A stretch of DNA of 51,708 nt from an uncultured Gammaproteobacteria bacterium (GTDB taxonomy: Bacteria > Patescibacteriota > Microgenomatia > CAZETR01 > Amesbacteraceae). The notes beneath the pieces are model-generated. The model saw nothing but the letters and a program-made list of their open reading frames with translations. It searched no databases and was not told where the DNA came from. Shown piece after piece: positions 20,610-29,527 of this stretch; the first letter of the stretch is position 1; each line of letters opens with the position of its first letter. Position numbers and translations under genes: made by a program. The stretch spans positions 1-51,708 of the forward strand of contig CAYTYO010000001.1 in the NCBI GenBank assembly GCA_964441445.1. Direction: 5' to 3'.

Positions 20610-21061
20610 GGGAGAGGATCTAAATAGTATACTTTAATAGTTGAAGGAACCTTAATTCTCTCCAGAGTGGTTTTTACTTCGGATTCCACATCTTTTTGAG
20701 TGAATCCAGTTTTGAGTCTGACGCGAATAGATTTTTTTTCAAAGTCATAAATCAACAAAAACCGGTCAGTAATTATGGGTAATTTAGTGAGAAAAGGCAT
20801 GTCATTTATTACCTTTGAAGTATAAGCACTTATTTCAAAGTCAATGGCGGCTTGCATCTTACCTTGTTCGATAATATTAGGTGAGAGGGCGGTTGTAGGA
20901 ATTACTTGAGAAGTGGGGGTGATAGTAGACGCGGGCGGATTTGTTTGAGGATTAGTTGTAGGAGTTTTTTCAGTTGTTATAGATATGGAAATAGCCATAA
21001 CAATTAAAATAATCACTAATGTGACGGCGTTTTTTTTTAAAAATGTTAGTATTTTTTTCAT
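20606..21061 (-). CDS. Hypothetical bitopic protein (TM plus Thr/Pro linker plus a domain of about 90 aa), last gene of the T4SS-like operon
   Basis: N-terminal TM VTLVIILIVMAISISI. No recognisable motif. Overlaps the upstream gene by 4 nt. Confidence 0.5.
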   Translation of the reverse strand: MKKILTFLKKNAVTLVIILIVMAISISITTEKTPTTNPQTNPPASTITPTSQVIPTTALSPNIIEQGKMQAAIDFEISAYTSKVINDMPFLTKLPIITDRFLLIYDFEKKSIRVRLKTGFTQKDVESEVKTTLERIKVPSTIKVYYLDPLP

Positions 21062-21915
21062 CGTGAGCCAAAACCTACAATTGATAAATCACCCCACCTG
21101 GCGCTAAGACCACTGATGGTATAGGCAGTACTTTTTAAACTGTTGTTTGATTCTACAGTGATGATGGCATCTCCGGGAAGTATTTGCCAAACCATGGCTA
21201 CATGGTCACCATTGCGGCCACGAGGACTACCGTCTCTGGCAATAATAATTGCGTCGCCCTGTTTAATACGCGAGGGATTGGCTAGAGCCTGGTTGATATC
21301 GACGTAACGGTTTTGGTTGACAAACCAGCTGCGCATACTAGGGGTGTAGATACAGTCTGGACATATAGATACGCCGGTTTCTGAGAAAGCCTTGATTGGC
21401 AGATACGTGCACCAGAATAAATTTTGACCACCAACTGGAGGGAAAGGGTTCGCTTGGAAGGCAGCCATATCAAACAACTCCGGATAATCGGGAGAGCGGT
21501 TCCAGAAACACCAAAAACCCCGGTATAGATTGTTAACAATGGTCCACGCACGGCTGCTGGTTGGGTCACCCGCAGAATTGGAGAAACTTAACGGTTCGTA
21601 ATCAGGGGTGCAACTGACGGGAGTTCCATCCCAGAGTGCAGTACGAAGCAGTCCCTGCGGTGTTACAAAGGCGGAGGCATTCATAATAAAAACGATGACA
21701 ACGAAGGTCATCCAAATAGTAAAACCTATGCCTGTGGCAATAGACACGATAACCATTAGATGAAAAAAATCTCTGGATATTGACTTTTTGAGCCCCAGAC
21801 CAAATCTTTCTGACGAAGACTTTTTTCCAAAAATTCCGGCTCCACCACCAAAAAGATCTTTGGTTTTTCCGAGAAAATTGCGAACAAAGGAAATTGGGGA
21901 TGTAATTTTTGCCAT
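21058..21915 (-). CDS. CHAP/NlpC-P60-like cell-wall hydrolase, membrane anchored (VirB1-equivalent role inferred)
   Basis: One TM. Candidate catalytic Cys in NLFWCTYLPIKAF and His in GDHVAMVWQI...ITVESNN. Confidence 0.5.
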   Translation of the reverse strand: MAKITSPISFVRNFLGKTKDLFGGGAGIFGKKSSSERFGLGLKKSISRDFFHLMVIVSIATGIGFTIWMTFVVIVFIMNASAFVTPQGLLRTALWDGTPVSCTPDYEPLSFSNSAGDPTSSRAWTIVNNLYRGFWCFWNRSPDYPELFDMAAFQANPFPPVGGQNLFWCTYLPIKAFSETGVSICPDCIYTPSMRSWFVNQNRYVDINQALANPSRIKQGDAIIIARDGSPRGRNGDHVAMVWQILPGDAIITVESNNSLKSTAYTISGLSARWGDLSIVGFGSR

Positions 21916-22196
21916 CAGGAATTAATTTTTTCGAGAATTAATAAAGGAAGTTTAAGGAGGTGATCTTTTTCTTCCTGGTATTTATTGGCAAAATGCTCAT
22001 CTGACTCATGAACTTCAATCAGATGTCGGAGTTCTTGCGGGGATTTGGAGAGAATTTGGCTGGCCCAATTCCAAAGAGGGGCTGAGGCGGAGGAAAAACT
22101 TTCAAGCTCTTTGTTTTCGTTACAAATGGAGATGATGGAGTTTTCCAATTCACTGATGACCGACCGGTCTAAATATTCGGGGAACGAAAAATTCAT
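21915..22196 (-). CDS. Hypothetical acidic 93-aa cytoplasmic protein
   Basis: ORF tightly coupled between the VirB4-like and CHAP-like genes. No motif recognised. Confidence 0.4.
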   Translation of the reverse strand: MNFSFPEYLDRSVISELENSIISICNENKELESFSSASAPLWNWASQILSKSPQELRHLIEVHESDEHFANKYQEEKDHLLKLPLLILEKINS

Positions 22197-24052
22197 TTTT
22201 GTTCGGCTTGAGCAACTAAGTGAGCCTTGATACCGGCTTCAACTTGTTTTTGGGCTAAGATTTCCGAGGGTTTGGTGGTGATCAATTTATGCTCGTCGGG
22301 TGAAGCGACAAATCTAACAGCAACATGATTATTACCAGCAAAGAATAAACCTTCGCCGACATTGGCACTGAGCAAAAGATGTTTTTCTCCTTCGGAGAGA
22401 TAAAAAACCTGAGTAATTTTGTCTACACCGGCAGGTGACTGTTTCATGAGAATTTGAATTGAAGAGTTGGTGACGATGGCTTTGCCGAAATCGGTGTTAA
22501 GAAAATCTTCCACATCCTGAGTGATGGTGGTTAGCCCGAGGAAATATTTGCGGGCACGTTTGGCGACACCGTAAAGAAAATTGGCAGAGTCGGGATAGCG
22601 CATGAGGTACCAGGCTTCATCAACCACAAGAATGCGTTTTTTGAGGTCACGGCGCATTTTGGTCCAAATGTAATCAAGGATTATAAATATTGCAATCGGT
22701 TTAAGAGAATCTTCAAGATCCCGGACAGAGAAGACGGTGAATTGGTTTTTTAACTGGACATTAGAGGGCTGATCAATGATGCCGGTAAAGCTGCCCTTGA
22801 CGAACCGCTCAATGCGATCGGCCAATGAAAGGGCCAATGGTTCCTCCATGCCGATGAAAGCCTTGTACAAGTCTTCCATGAGCGGAGGAGTGTTCTTTTG
22901 AGTTGATGGGTCGGGGGTAATGCCTTTCATTTTGTAAGCTAACCCCAGTGCCCGATCCAGAAGGGCTTCTTCTGTCGGGTTAAGGTCTCCCATGATGACT
23001 TTAAACATGGAGTGGAGAGATTGAATTTTGAGATTTAGTTCATTTTCTTCGGATGTTTCAGTGAGAAGAGATAAATCAAAAGGATTGATACGATTTTGGG
23101 AACTGTAGGCAAAATTAAGGTAGTCGCCACCCACGGCATCACAAAGAGTTTTATATTCGTTTTCAGGATCGATGACTATAACCTCAGTGCCGAACATAAG
23201 TGATCTGAGGATTTCCAACTTGACCGTATATGACTTCCCGGCACCGGCTTTGGCAAAGACTACAGTATTGGCATTTTCAAGGGTGAACCGGTCAAAGATC
23301 ACCAAACTGCCGTTGTGCTGGTTGATGCCGTATAAAATTCCTTCATTACTGGTAAGCTCTGACGAGGTGAAGGGAAACGTGGTAGCCAATGAGGTGGTAT
23401 CCATGTTTCGGGTAACCATAAGATGATCGACACAGGAGGGGAGAGTGTTTTTAAAGCCTTCAGCCTGTTGGAGAAGGGTTGGAGTGGCTTGAACCAGGAG
23501 GGCAGAAAGGGAACTGCTGACCTGTTTACTGGTGGTTTCCAGTTCTGACGGCGAGTCTGTGGGGATAGTGACATAGAGAGAGAACTGGAAAAACCGTTCG
23601 ATGCCTTTTACCAGGGAGTCTTGGAGAGTCATAGCGTCTTCCAATTTGGCCTGGGTGACTGGGTTTACGACCCGACCACGCTGAATATCAGTGGAGATTT
23701 CGGCACCCATTTCGGCGATTTTGCGGCGGAGATCATCCAAAGTACTTTTGCTTTCGACGGGATAGATGAACATGGAGATGCGAAGCGAGTGATCAAAATT
23801 GATAATCGGACCGAGCCAGTTGCTGGAAACAAACCGACGATTAATATTGGTAAAGAAGCTGCGGTAATAGCTGTCATTGATTTTTAAAACATTAAAATCC
23901 ACAGTTGCAGATTGCGGAGCGATAATGTCGCGGACAGTTTTGGCTTCTTTAAGTGTTTTTGTGGGCAAAATGCGGGAGTTGTCTACAGTAGCGGTTGGCT
24001 TAACCTGGGCTGGTTGAGAAGGTGTGGCGGCTTTGGATTTAAACAGCTTCAT
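22193..24052 (-). CDS. VirB4/TrbE/PrgJ-family T4SS ATPase
   Basis: Walker A FAKAGAGKSYTV, Walker B ILVVDEAWYL, downstream GLTTITQDVEDF. N-terminal YYRSFF...SSNWLGPII...ISMFIYPV block, typical of VirB4. Confidence 0.8.
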   Translation of the reverse strand: MKLFKSKAATPSQPAQVKPTATVDNSRILPTKTLKEAKTVRDIIAPQSATVDFNVLKINDSYYRSFFTNINRRFVSSNWLGPIINFDHSLRISMFIYPVESKSTLDDLRRKIAEMGAEISTDIQRGRVVNPVTQAKLEDAMTLQDSLVKGIERFFQFSLYVTIPTDSPSELETTSKQVSSSLSALLVQATPTLLQQAEGFKNTLPSCVDHLMVTRNMDTTSLATTFPFTSSELTSNEGILYGINQHNGSLVIFDRFTLENANTVVFAKAGAGKSYTVKLEILRSLMFGTEVIVIDPENEYKTLCDAVGGDYLNFAYSSQNRINPFDLSLLTETSEENELNLKIQSLHSMFKVIMGDLNPTEEALLDRALGLAYKMKGITPDPSTQKNTPPLMEDLYKAFIGMEEPLALSLADRIERFVKGSFTGIIDQPSNVQLKNQFTVFSVRDLEDSLKPIAIFIILDYIWTKMRRDLKKRILVVDEAWYLMRYPDSANFLYGVAKRARKYFLGLTTITQDVEDFLNTDFGKAIVTNSSIQILMKQSPAGVDKITQVFYLSEGEKHLLLSANVGEGLFFAGNNHVAVRFVASPDEHKLITTKPSEILAQKQVEAGIKAHLVAQAEQK

Positions 24053-24816
24053 GTTTTAGGGGTTGAAGGATTGATAACAGCTGAATTAACGGTGGAAGCA
24101 GCGGGTGGAGCTGCTGGTGTGGGGGAGGGAGGAGCTGAGGCCGGGGGTTGAGGGCTGGCGGAAATTGGCATGGCTTCTGTTCGGGGAAGAGAAACATGCG
24201 TACCAATAGAGTCGGGGTTGTAGGCATCGAAATAAAACTGGAGAATTTCCGGAGAAGTAAGCTGACGACCTTTAAGACCAATGCGGGTGAGCAAACGAAG
24301 CAAATGATCACGTTTGGGAGCAAGGTTAGTTGTAGCTCTGTCGATAATATATTCTTTGGGCAGGCGGGATTTGGCAGTTTGGCCACCTAGGGATTTAATA
24401 GAGGAAGAAATACCCAGCTCGAGAGAGCTGAAAGGAATAGAGATATAAAATTTCTTGTCAAGAACATTACCCTGGCGAACTATGGCTTTGACGAAATCCC
24501 GGTATTTGGTCATCTGATCTTTTACTTTAGGAGAAGTGATAGTAGCTAACTGAGCATCAATTTTGTCAATATAGCTCGAGATATCTTTGCGTTTACTGAC
24601 GACGACGATTTGGATGGAGAAGGTAAGGGAGTTGAGAAGTTGGGCATAGGAATAGATGGTTGCGTCCTGTTCTCGCTCGGATAAAAGGCCAAAATTTACG
24701 GCGTTGACGTCCAAGATCATGCAGGCTGAGCCATCGGAGAGGATGACAATATCATTGATGATGTCATCAACATCCAAAAGATCCTGAGTGCGAGGGGGGA
24801 AAGGATTTTTGCTCAT
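24049..24816 (-). CDS. VirB4 N-terminal-like protein with Pro-rich tail
   Basis: DIVILSDGSACMILDVNAVNFGLLSEREQDATIYSYAQLLNSLTFSIQIVV resembles the extreme N-terminal module of Gram-positive VirB4 ATPases. 4-nt overlap with the ATPase gene. Confidence 0.45.
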   Translation of the reverse strand: MSKNPFPPRTQDLLDVDDIINDIVILSDGSACMILDVNAVNFGLLSEREQDATIYSYAQLLNSLTFSIQIVVVSKRKDISSYIDKIDAQLATITSPKVKDQMTKYRDFVKAIVRQGNVLDKKFYISIPFSSLELGISSSIKSLGGQTAKSRLPKEYIIDRATTNLAPKRDHLLRLLTRIGLKGRQLTSPEILQFYFDAYNPDSIGTHVSLPRTEAMPISASPQPPASAPPSPTPAAPPAASTVNSAVINPSTPKT

Positions 24817-25847
24817 ACTTTTTTACCTTGAAGAATAACAGGCGGAACAATGTTACCTTTAACCTGAATTGAAACAGGGTCGAATTTAAGACCTTCCTTT
24901 TCAGCAAGAATATTGTAGGTTCCAGCCGGAAGCGGAATGGCGATTTGAAACTGACCTAATTTGTTGGTACGCAGGGCTCTGGCCGGAATGCCGGTATTAG
25001 TGTCAACTATTTCCACGGTGATCTGAGGCAGGGGTTGATTGGCGTCGTCGGTGATAAGTCCGGAAAGAATATTGGGGCTGGTAGGTGAAGAAATAAGAGA
25101 AGTAGTGGGGGCGGAGGGTGCTGAGACCAACGTGGAGGTTTGAGGAAGTTGGGAGGATTTGGTGTAGAGAGAAACAGAGGAAGTGGTGGGGGCTGTAGGC
25201 AGAGTGGGAGTTGGCTGGGAGATGGAGGAAGCAGGAGAAGGACTAGATGAAGCAGTATCGGACGGAGCGGAAGTGGCTACGGGTTGGCTATTAGGTGCGG
25301 ATGGCGGAGTTGTGGGAGCACCAAACACTTTGGATGTGGTAGTTTCTTTTCCAACAGGGACGGAACCTGAGCGGTGAAGTTTTGAGGCAATAAATTCTGA
25401 GAATGACGGGAGAACAATAGTGTGGGCAGGGGCGGGCTTGGCAGGAGGAGGTGGTGGGGCAGAAATTGGAGGAGAAGCTGATTTAGAGGCGGGAGGTGAA
25501 GCAGGAGAAGGGGCTGTAACGGGGGTAACAGGGGGAGGCGGAAGGACAGAATCGATAACAGCCTGAGGTATCCAGACAAATTCAGTGGGACTATAAATTG
25601 CTTTAACAAAAGCGCTGAGCCAGGAAGAGAAAGGACGACCGTTGATGGGGATGAAAGCCAAAAGAACACCGATTAAGACAGATAGCCCTGCCAGGGGATA
25701 TTTAACAACGGCGATAATTTCCAGTCTGAAAAACATGTAGCCGACGAGGATGCCTCCGGCCAACTGCAGGAATTGTTTTAAGGTCATGTCACCGACAAGA
25801 TGAAACTCGTAAGAAGAAATATTTTGAGGAACAGGATGATTTTCCAT
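24813..25847 (-). CDS. PrgI/VirB3-like membrane protein fused to a P/S/T-rich linker and a carboxypeptidase-regulatory-like beta-sandwich
   Basis: The N-terminus ISSYEFHLVGDMTLKQFLQLAGGILVG plus two TMs is PrgI-like. The C-terminus ITVEIVDTNTGIPARALRTNKLGQFQIAIPLPAGTYNILAEKEG is CarboxypepD_reg-like. Confidence 0.55.
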   Translation of the reverse strand: MENHPVPQNISSYEFHLVGDMTLKQFLQLAGGILVGYMFFRLEIIAVVKYPLAGLSVLIGVLLAFIPINGRPFSSWLSAFVKAIYSPTEFVWIPQAVIDSVLPPPPVTPVTAPSPASPPASKSASPPISAPPPPPAKPAPAHTIVLPSFSEFIASKLHRSGSVPVGKETTTSKVFGAPTTPPSAPNSQPVATSAPSDTASSSPSPASSISQPTPTLPTAPTTSSVSLYTKSSQLPQTSTLVSAPSAPTTSLISSPTSPNILSGLITDDANQPLPQITVEIVDTNTGIPARALRTNKLGQFQIAIPLPAGTYNILAEKEGLKFDPVSIQVKGNIVPPVILQGKKV

Positions 25848-26137
25848 ATATAAACGGCTTGATTAATCCTAACGCATGAAGTGGCAAATGCAAGTTAATG
25901 TTTTCACAGAAATTTCCGAGTAAAATTAATGAATGAAGAAGAGTGAAAAACTGGCAAATTGGATAATCACCGGTTTAATGGCGGCGTTTACACTTTTAAT
26001 CGGGTTAGGTGCCGTTTTTTTAAAAACAATCGGGAAGCTGTGCGGATGCTTTTAACACTAGCCTATAGTTGTTTGGGTGTGATAAAATAGGCAAGTTGTA
26101 TAGTATTATTTATTAATAAGCATAAAAAGCAAATATT

Positions 26138-29100
26138 ATGGGAGAAGGCATGATGTTTAACGATGGTTTTGTGAGAGGGCCAGATACTGGCGGGGGCGGC
26201 GGTGGAACAGTTGATGCGGAACAATCCAGGGTTGATAATCTGGCGAAAGAATATTTGAAAAGGACAGGAAGGCCGTTTAAAGATTATGTCTTGGAAAGAA
26301 TTGAAGGGAAGATACCAACTACGGGAGAACAGAAAGAAAGGAGAAGAGCAGATGATGAATTTAGTTCCTCAATCAGTCCTGAACAACGAGATGTGGTGGA
26401 GAGGGTAGTTGCAGAAGAAAAGGCGGCGCTTCGAGGAGAAAAGGCGATTGAAGGACGATCTCCGATAGTAACGCAGGATGATTGGGAAAAATATACTCGG
26501 CCAGATAAGACTAGTGGAAAAGGAGGATCGGGTGTGATAGTGGCTGTTCAGACAGCAGCTGAAGCTACACCAGAACAGAGAGAAACTGAATTTGACAGGA
26601 GGGTGGCCGAGGAGGTCCAACGGGAGGAGGATGAAGCAAAGCGAGAAGCACGAGATGTTGACTTGGCCAAAGTGGCAAAGAACTTAGCTCAAGCCGCAAA
26701 GATATTTGGACTGGCTTGGGGGGTTGGAGAGGCTTTTGAGGAAGCCACAGAGTTTCTTCGAGAGAAGAGGAAAAATGGAGAGCGCGTGAGTATAAGGCAA
26801 TTTGAGAAATGGAAGAAAGAGAGAGTACAACAGACAAATATACCCAATGCTGTAATATCCCCACCTCCGGAACAATCAGTACTTGAGGAAAAGCTAGGAG
26901 AAAATGAGGAATGGAACAGAGACATGCAAAAGTTGGCCGAATTATGTAGACAGGAAGAACGCGGTGCGCAGTTGCCATCAGAGGAGAAAGAAAAAAAAGT
27001 TTTGCGGGACAGAATAAATGAAATGTGGGATAAATTTAAAGGACCCGATACTGAAATACAGCGGCACGACACATGGAAAGACGCGGTTGCGGGAGTAATT
27101 GATGACATAATCAAACGTGACGCAGATGTAAAGAAGGAGAGGGAAAAGGCTTTAGTTCCTCAGGGGGCTCCAGATAGATACAATCCATTGTCTTTAGCAG
27201 AGGAATATTTAGACCGCACAATTAATGAAATTGTGCGGAAAGGCGAGGATGGGAATCCACCGCCAGATGAGGAAGATTCTATAAAGTTGGATTGGTACAG
27301 GGGAGTAAAAAGGAACGTGCAGGAAGCTGCTTTAAAGGCAGAATTGGCGTTATATAGCGATTTGGGTTTGGAGAACAGACCGGGGTGGGACATTATTGTC
27401 GGGGAAACTAAGAAGTCTTTGGCCAAACTTAAATTGGAAATAGATTACCTAAATTTTGGTGACGGGATAAGAGATAACACTAAGCGGCGACTTGCCGGCT
27501 TGGCGACTCGATATGTTGATTATATACAGACTGAGGGAGATCAGGCTGAGGCATTAAAAAAAGTGAATGAAGATAAACAAAAGGCAGCAGAGCGTGCAGA
27601 AAGAGAGAAAAGCAAACCTGTAGACAAGGGAGCAGAGTCTATAACTAACCCTGAATACTTAAAGAAAGAAGCGTTAAGGGTCTTGGCATTAGTCATGATC
27701 AGGGGGTATGCAGATCCGACAGACATGACGGTTATAAGGGCCGGTCTAAAACATATGGACGCCAGAACGGAGAAACTGGCAACCACCGATTTACAAATAT
27801 TGGAAGATTTAGACGGGATAAATCCATTAGATTCAAAAACATATATCTCCATGAACTGGGACAGGGAGAACCTAATGATGTGTTTAGAAGGAGAGACAAG
27901 AAGAGTCACCCAAAGAAGGATAATTCAATTAATGGGTTTAGATATGGCATACTCCGGCGTAGAAGTGGGTAAAGACTGGGCAAATAAAGTGAATCGACAC
28001 AAGAAACTTGGAGATTTTCTTGACCAATCAGTGTTTCGTAATTATATAAATGAGTTAGGGCAAGAGGTAAGGGTCGATAAAGATATGAAAAATCTGGAGT
28101 TTTGGGAGTTGTCCCCAGGACAATCAGAAACATTTAAGTTTTTGCTGAGGAGACAAGCTGCTATAGATAGTGGGGCAAGTAATGTTGATGAGGCCGCAAA
28201 GGGTGATGATATTAAAAGGGAAGTGGGGGCTGCTATCCAGATATTGAGAAACATGCATATTGGGGATAAGTTGTCGTTCAATCAAGATCATTTAATGGCG
28301 ACTCCGGCGTACTGGTATTTCCATATGTATGGAGCGGCTTTAGACAGAATAGCCAAAGTGCCAATGCATTCCAGGTGGAGGCCATATATGAAGTTTCATA
28401 AAGACCAGTTTCCTGAATACCCAGAACAGAAAAACGATGAGGGTGAAAGTTTAGGATTACCAAAGAAAGAGGTGGCGCCCATGGTGCACAGATTGTTTCC
28501 GGAAGACTGGTTCAACCCAATAGCAGTTGAGAGTTCGTTGTTTGATGAAAAAGGCGCTAGGCAAATGACTTATATTGATTTTTTGCGAGAGGGAGATAAG
28601 GGTAGAGTTCCTCAACCAGGCGAGTTTACGACCACAAAGCAAAAGCTTACAAAACAGTACGGTTTTGCCAATGCCGGGCAAAGACGAGTGTGGGATGTTT
28701 TGTTCGGGGGGAGTGATTATATAGATTTGAAAGTCGGTGCGGGCGAGAGTAATAAATGGAAGGTTGAAGTCGACTTAACTTTTGATCCGAACAAGGCATG
28801 GATGGACGGGCTGGGAACAGCAATAAATGTTACTGCTGGGGATATGGGATTGACAAAAAGATTTGTGGATGCGGATCCATCAACGGAGGCTGGCAGACAG
28901 GAGAGAGAAACAGTTGAAAAGCAAATTCAACAAATCGGGGGTGTTTTGGCGATGGCGGCTGTCGGACTAGGGCTGGAGCGAGACACGTTGAGCATTAAAG
29001 ACTTGTCAGCGTGGGCAGTGGGAGTGTCGCTTGAAGGATTAACGTGGACATTGGCTCCAGATGTAAAAGCAAGGCTGATCTCCGAAGAAACGGCTAAGTG

Positions 29101-29518
29101 GATAAAGTGGCACGGAAAGCCCACCATTAAAGAAGCCGAAATGGTGGTGAGAGGTTGGTTTAGTCAAGTACGTTTGCAACGGGGGGAAAATTGGCAAGAC
29201 TATTATGAAAGGGATTTGAGAGGGGATCTTCCACCGCAAGATGAAGATTTGATCGCAAGATTGCGTTTCAGAGCGAGTGGGCTGGTTGGACTTCAGGAGG
29301 CTATGGAGGTGAAGAAAAGATTAGATTATCGTCGGAGAGATGGCTGGACCAACACTTGGTTTGGAGGAGCAGGCACTTTTAGTGAGCGAGACTGGAGGGA
29401 ACAGAGGTCCAACAATAAATTTATGATAAACGCATTTAAATTGATGGACAATGGCCATCTCTTGAATATTGCAACTACTCTGAACCTGAATATTTACGAG
29501 GCTGGTAAAACTAAGTAG
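26138..29518 (+). CDS. 1126-aa orphan protein, highly charged N-terminal half, Trp-rich C-terminal half, no TM or signal peptide
   Basis: Uninterrupted ORF with strong purine bias on the coding strand. I found no P-loop or other catalytic motif. Confidence 0.7.
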   Translation: MGEGMMFNDGFVRGPDTGGGGGGTVDAEQSRVDNLAKEYLKRTGRPFKDYVLERIEGKIPTTGEQKERRRADDEFSSSISPEQRDVVERVVAEEKAALRGEKAIEGRSPIVTQDDWEKYTRPDKTSGKGGSGVIVAVQTAAEATPEQRETEFDRRVAEEVQREEDEAKREARDVDLAKVAKNLAQAAKIFGLAWGVGEAFEEATEFLREKRKNGERVSIRQFEKWKKERVQQTNIPNAVISPPPEQSVLEEKLGENEEWNRDMQKLAELCRQEERGAQLPSEEKEKKVLRDRINEMWDKFKGPDTEIQRHDTWKDAVAGVIDDIIKRDADVKKEREKALVPQGAPDRYNPLSLAEEYLDRTINEIVRKGEDGNPPPDEEDSIKLDWYRGVKRNVQEAALKAELALYSDLGLENRPGWDIIVGETKKSLAKLKLEIDYLNFGDGIRDNTKRRLAGLATRYVDYIQTEGDQAEALKKVNEDKQKAAERAEREKSKPVDKGAESITNPEYLKKEALRVLALVMIRGYADPTDMTVIRAGLKHMDARTEKLATTDLQILEDLDGINPLDSKTYISMNWDRENLMMCLEGETRRVTQRRIIQLMGLDMAYSGVEVGKDWANKVNRHKKLGDFLDQSVFRNYINELGQEVRVDKDMKNLEFWELSPGQSETFKFLLRRQAAIDSGASNVDEAAKGDDIKREVGAAIQILRNMHIGDKLSFNQDHLMATPAYWYFHMYGAALDRIAKVPMHSRWRPYMKFHKDQFPEYPEQKNDEGESLGLPKKEVAPMVHRLFPEDWFNPIAVESSLFDEKGARQMTYIDFLREGDKGRVPQPGEFTTTKQKLTKQYGFANAGQRRVWDVLFGGSDYIDLKVGAGESNKWKVEVDLTFDPNKAWMDGLGTAINVTAGDMGLTKRFVDADPSTEAGRQERETVEKQIQQIGGVLAMAAVGLGLERDTLSIKDLSAWAVGVSLEGLTWTLAPDVKARLISEETAKWIKWHGKPTIKEAEMVVRGWFSQVRLQRGENWQDYYERDLRGDLPPQDEDLIARLRFRASGLVGLQEAMEVKKRLDYRRRDGWTNTWFGGAGTFSERDWREQRSNNKFMINAFKLMDNGHLLNIATTLNLNIYEAGKTK

Positions 29519-29527
29519 TGCTTTTTG

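Noticed and set aside
25933-26022. 29-aa hydrophobic ORF (MKKSEKLANWIITGLMAAFTLLIGLGAVF) in the divergent intergenic region
   Set aside because: It has no SD or properly spaced -10 box and is too short to judge. It could be real, but the sequence alone does not support it.
26369-29239. Many 60-140-aa minus-strand ORFs inside the 1126-aa gene
   Set aside because: This is the same purine-skew artefact. The plus-strand ORF is uninterrupted for 3.4 kb.
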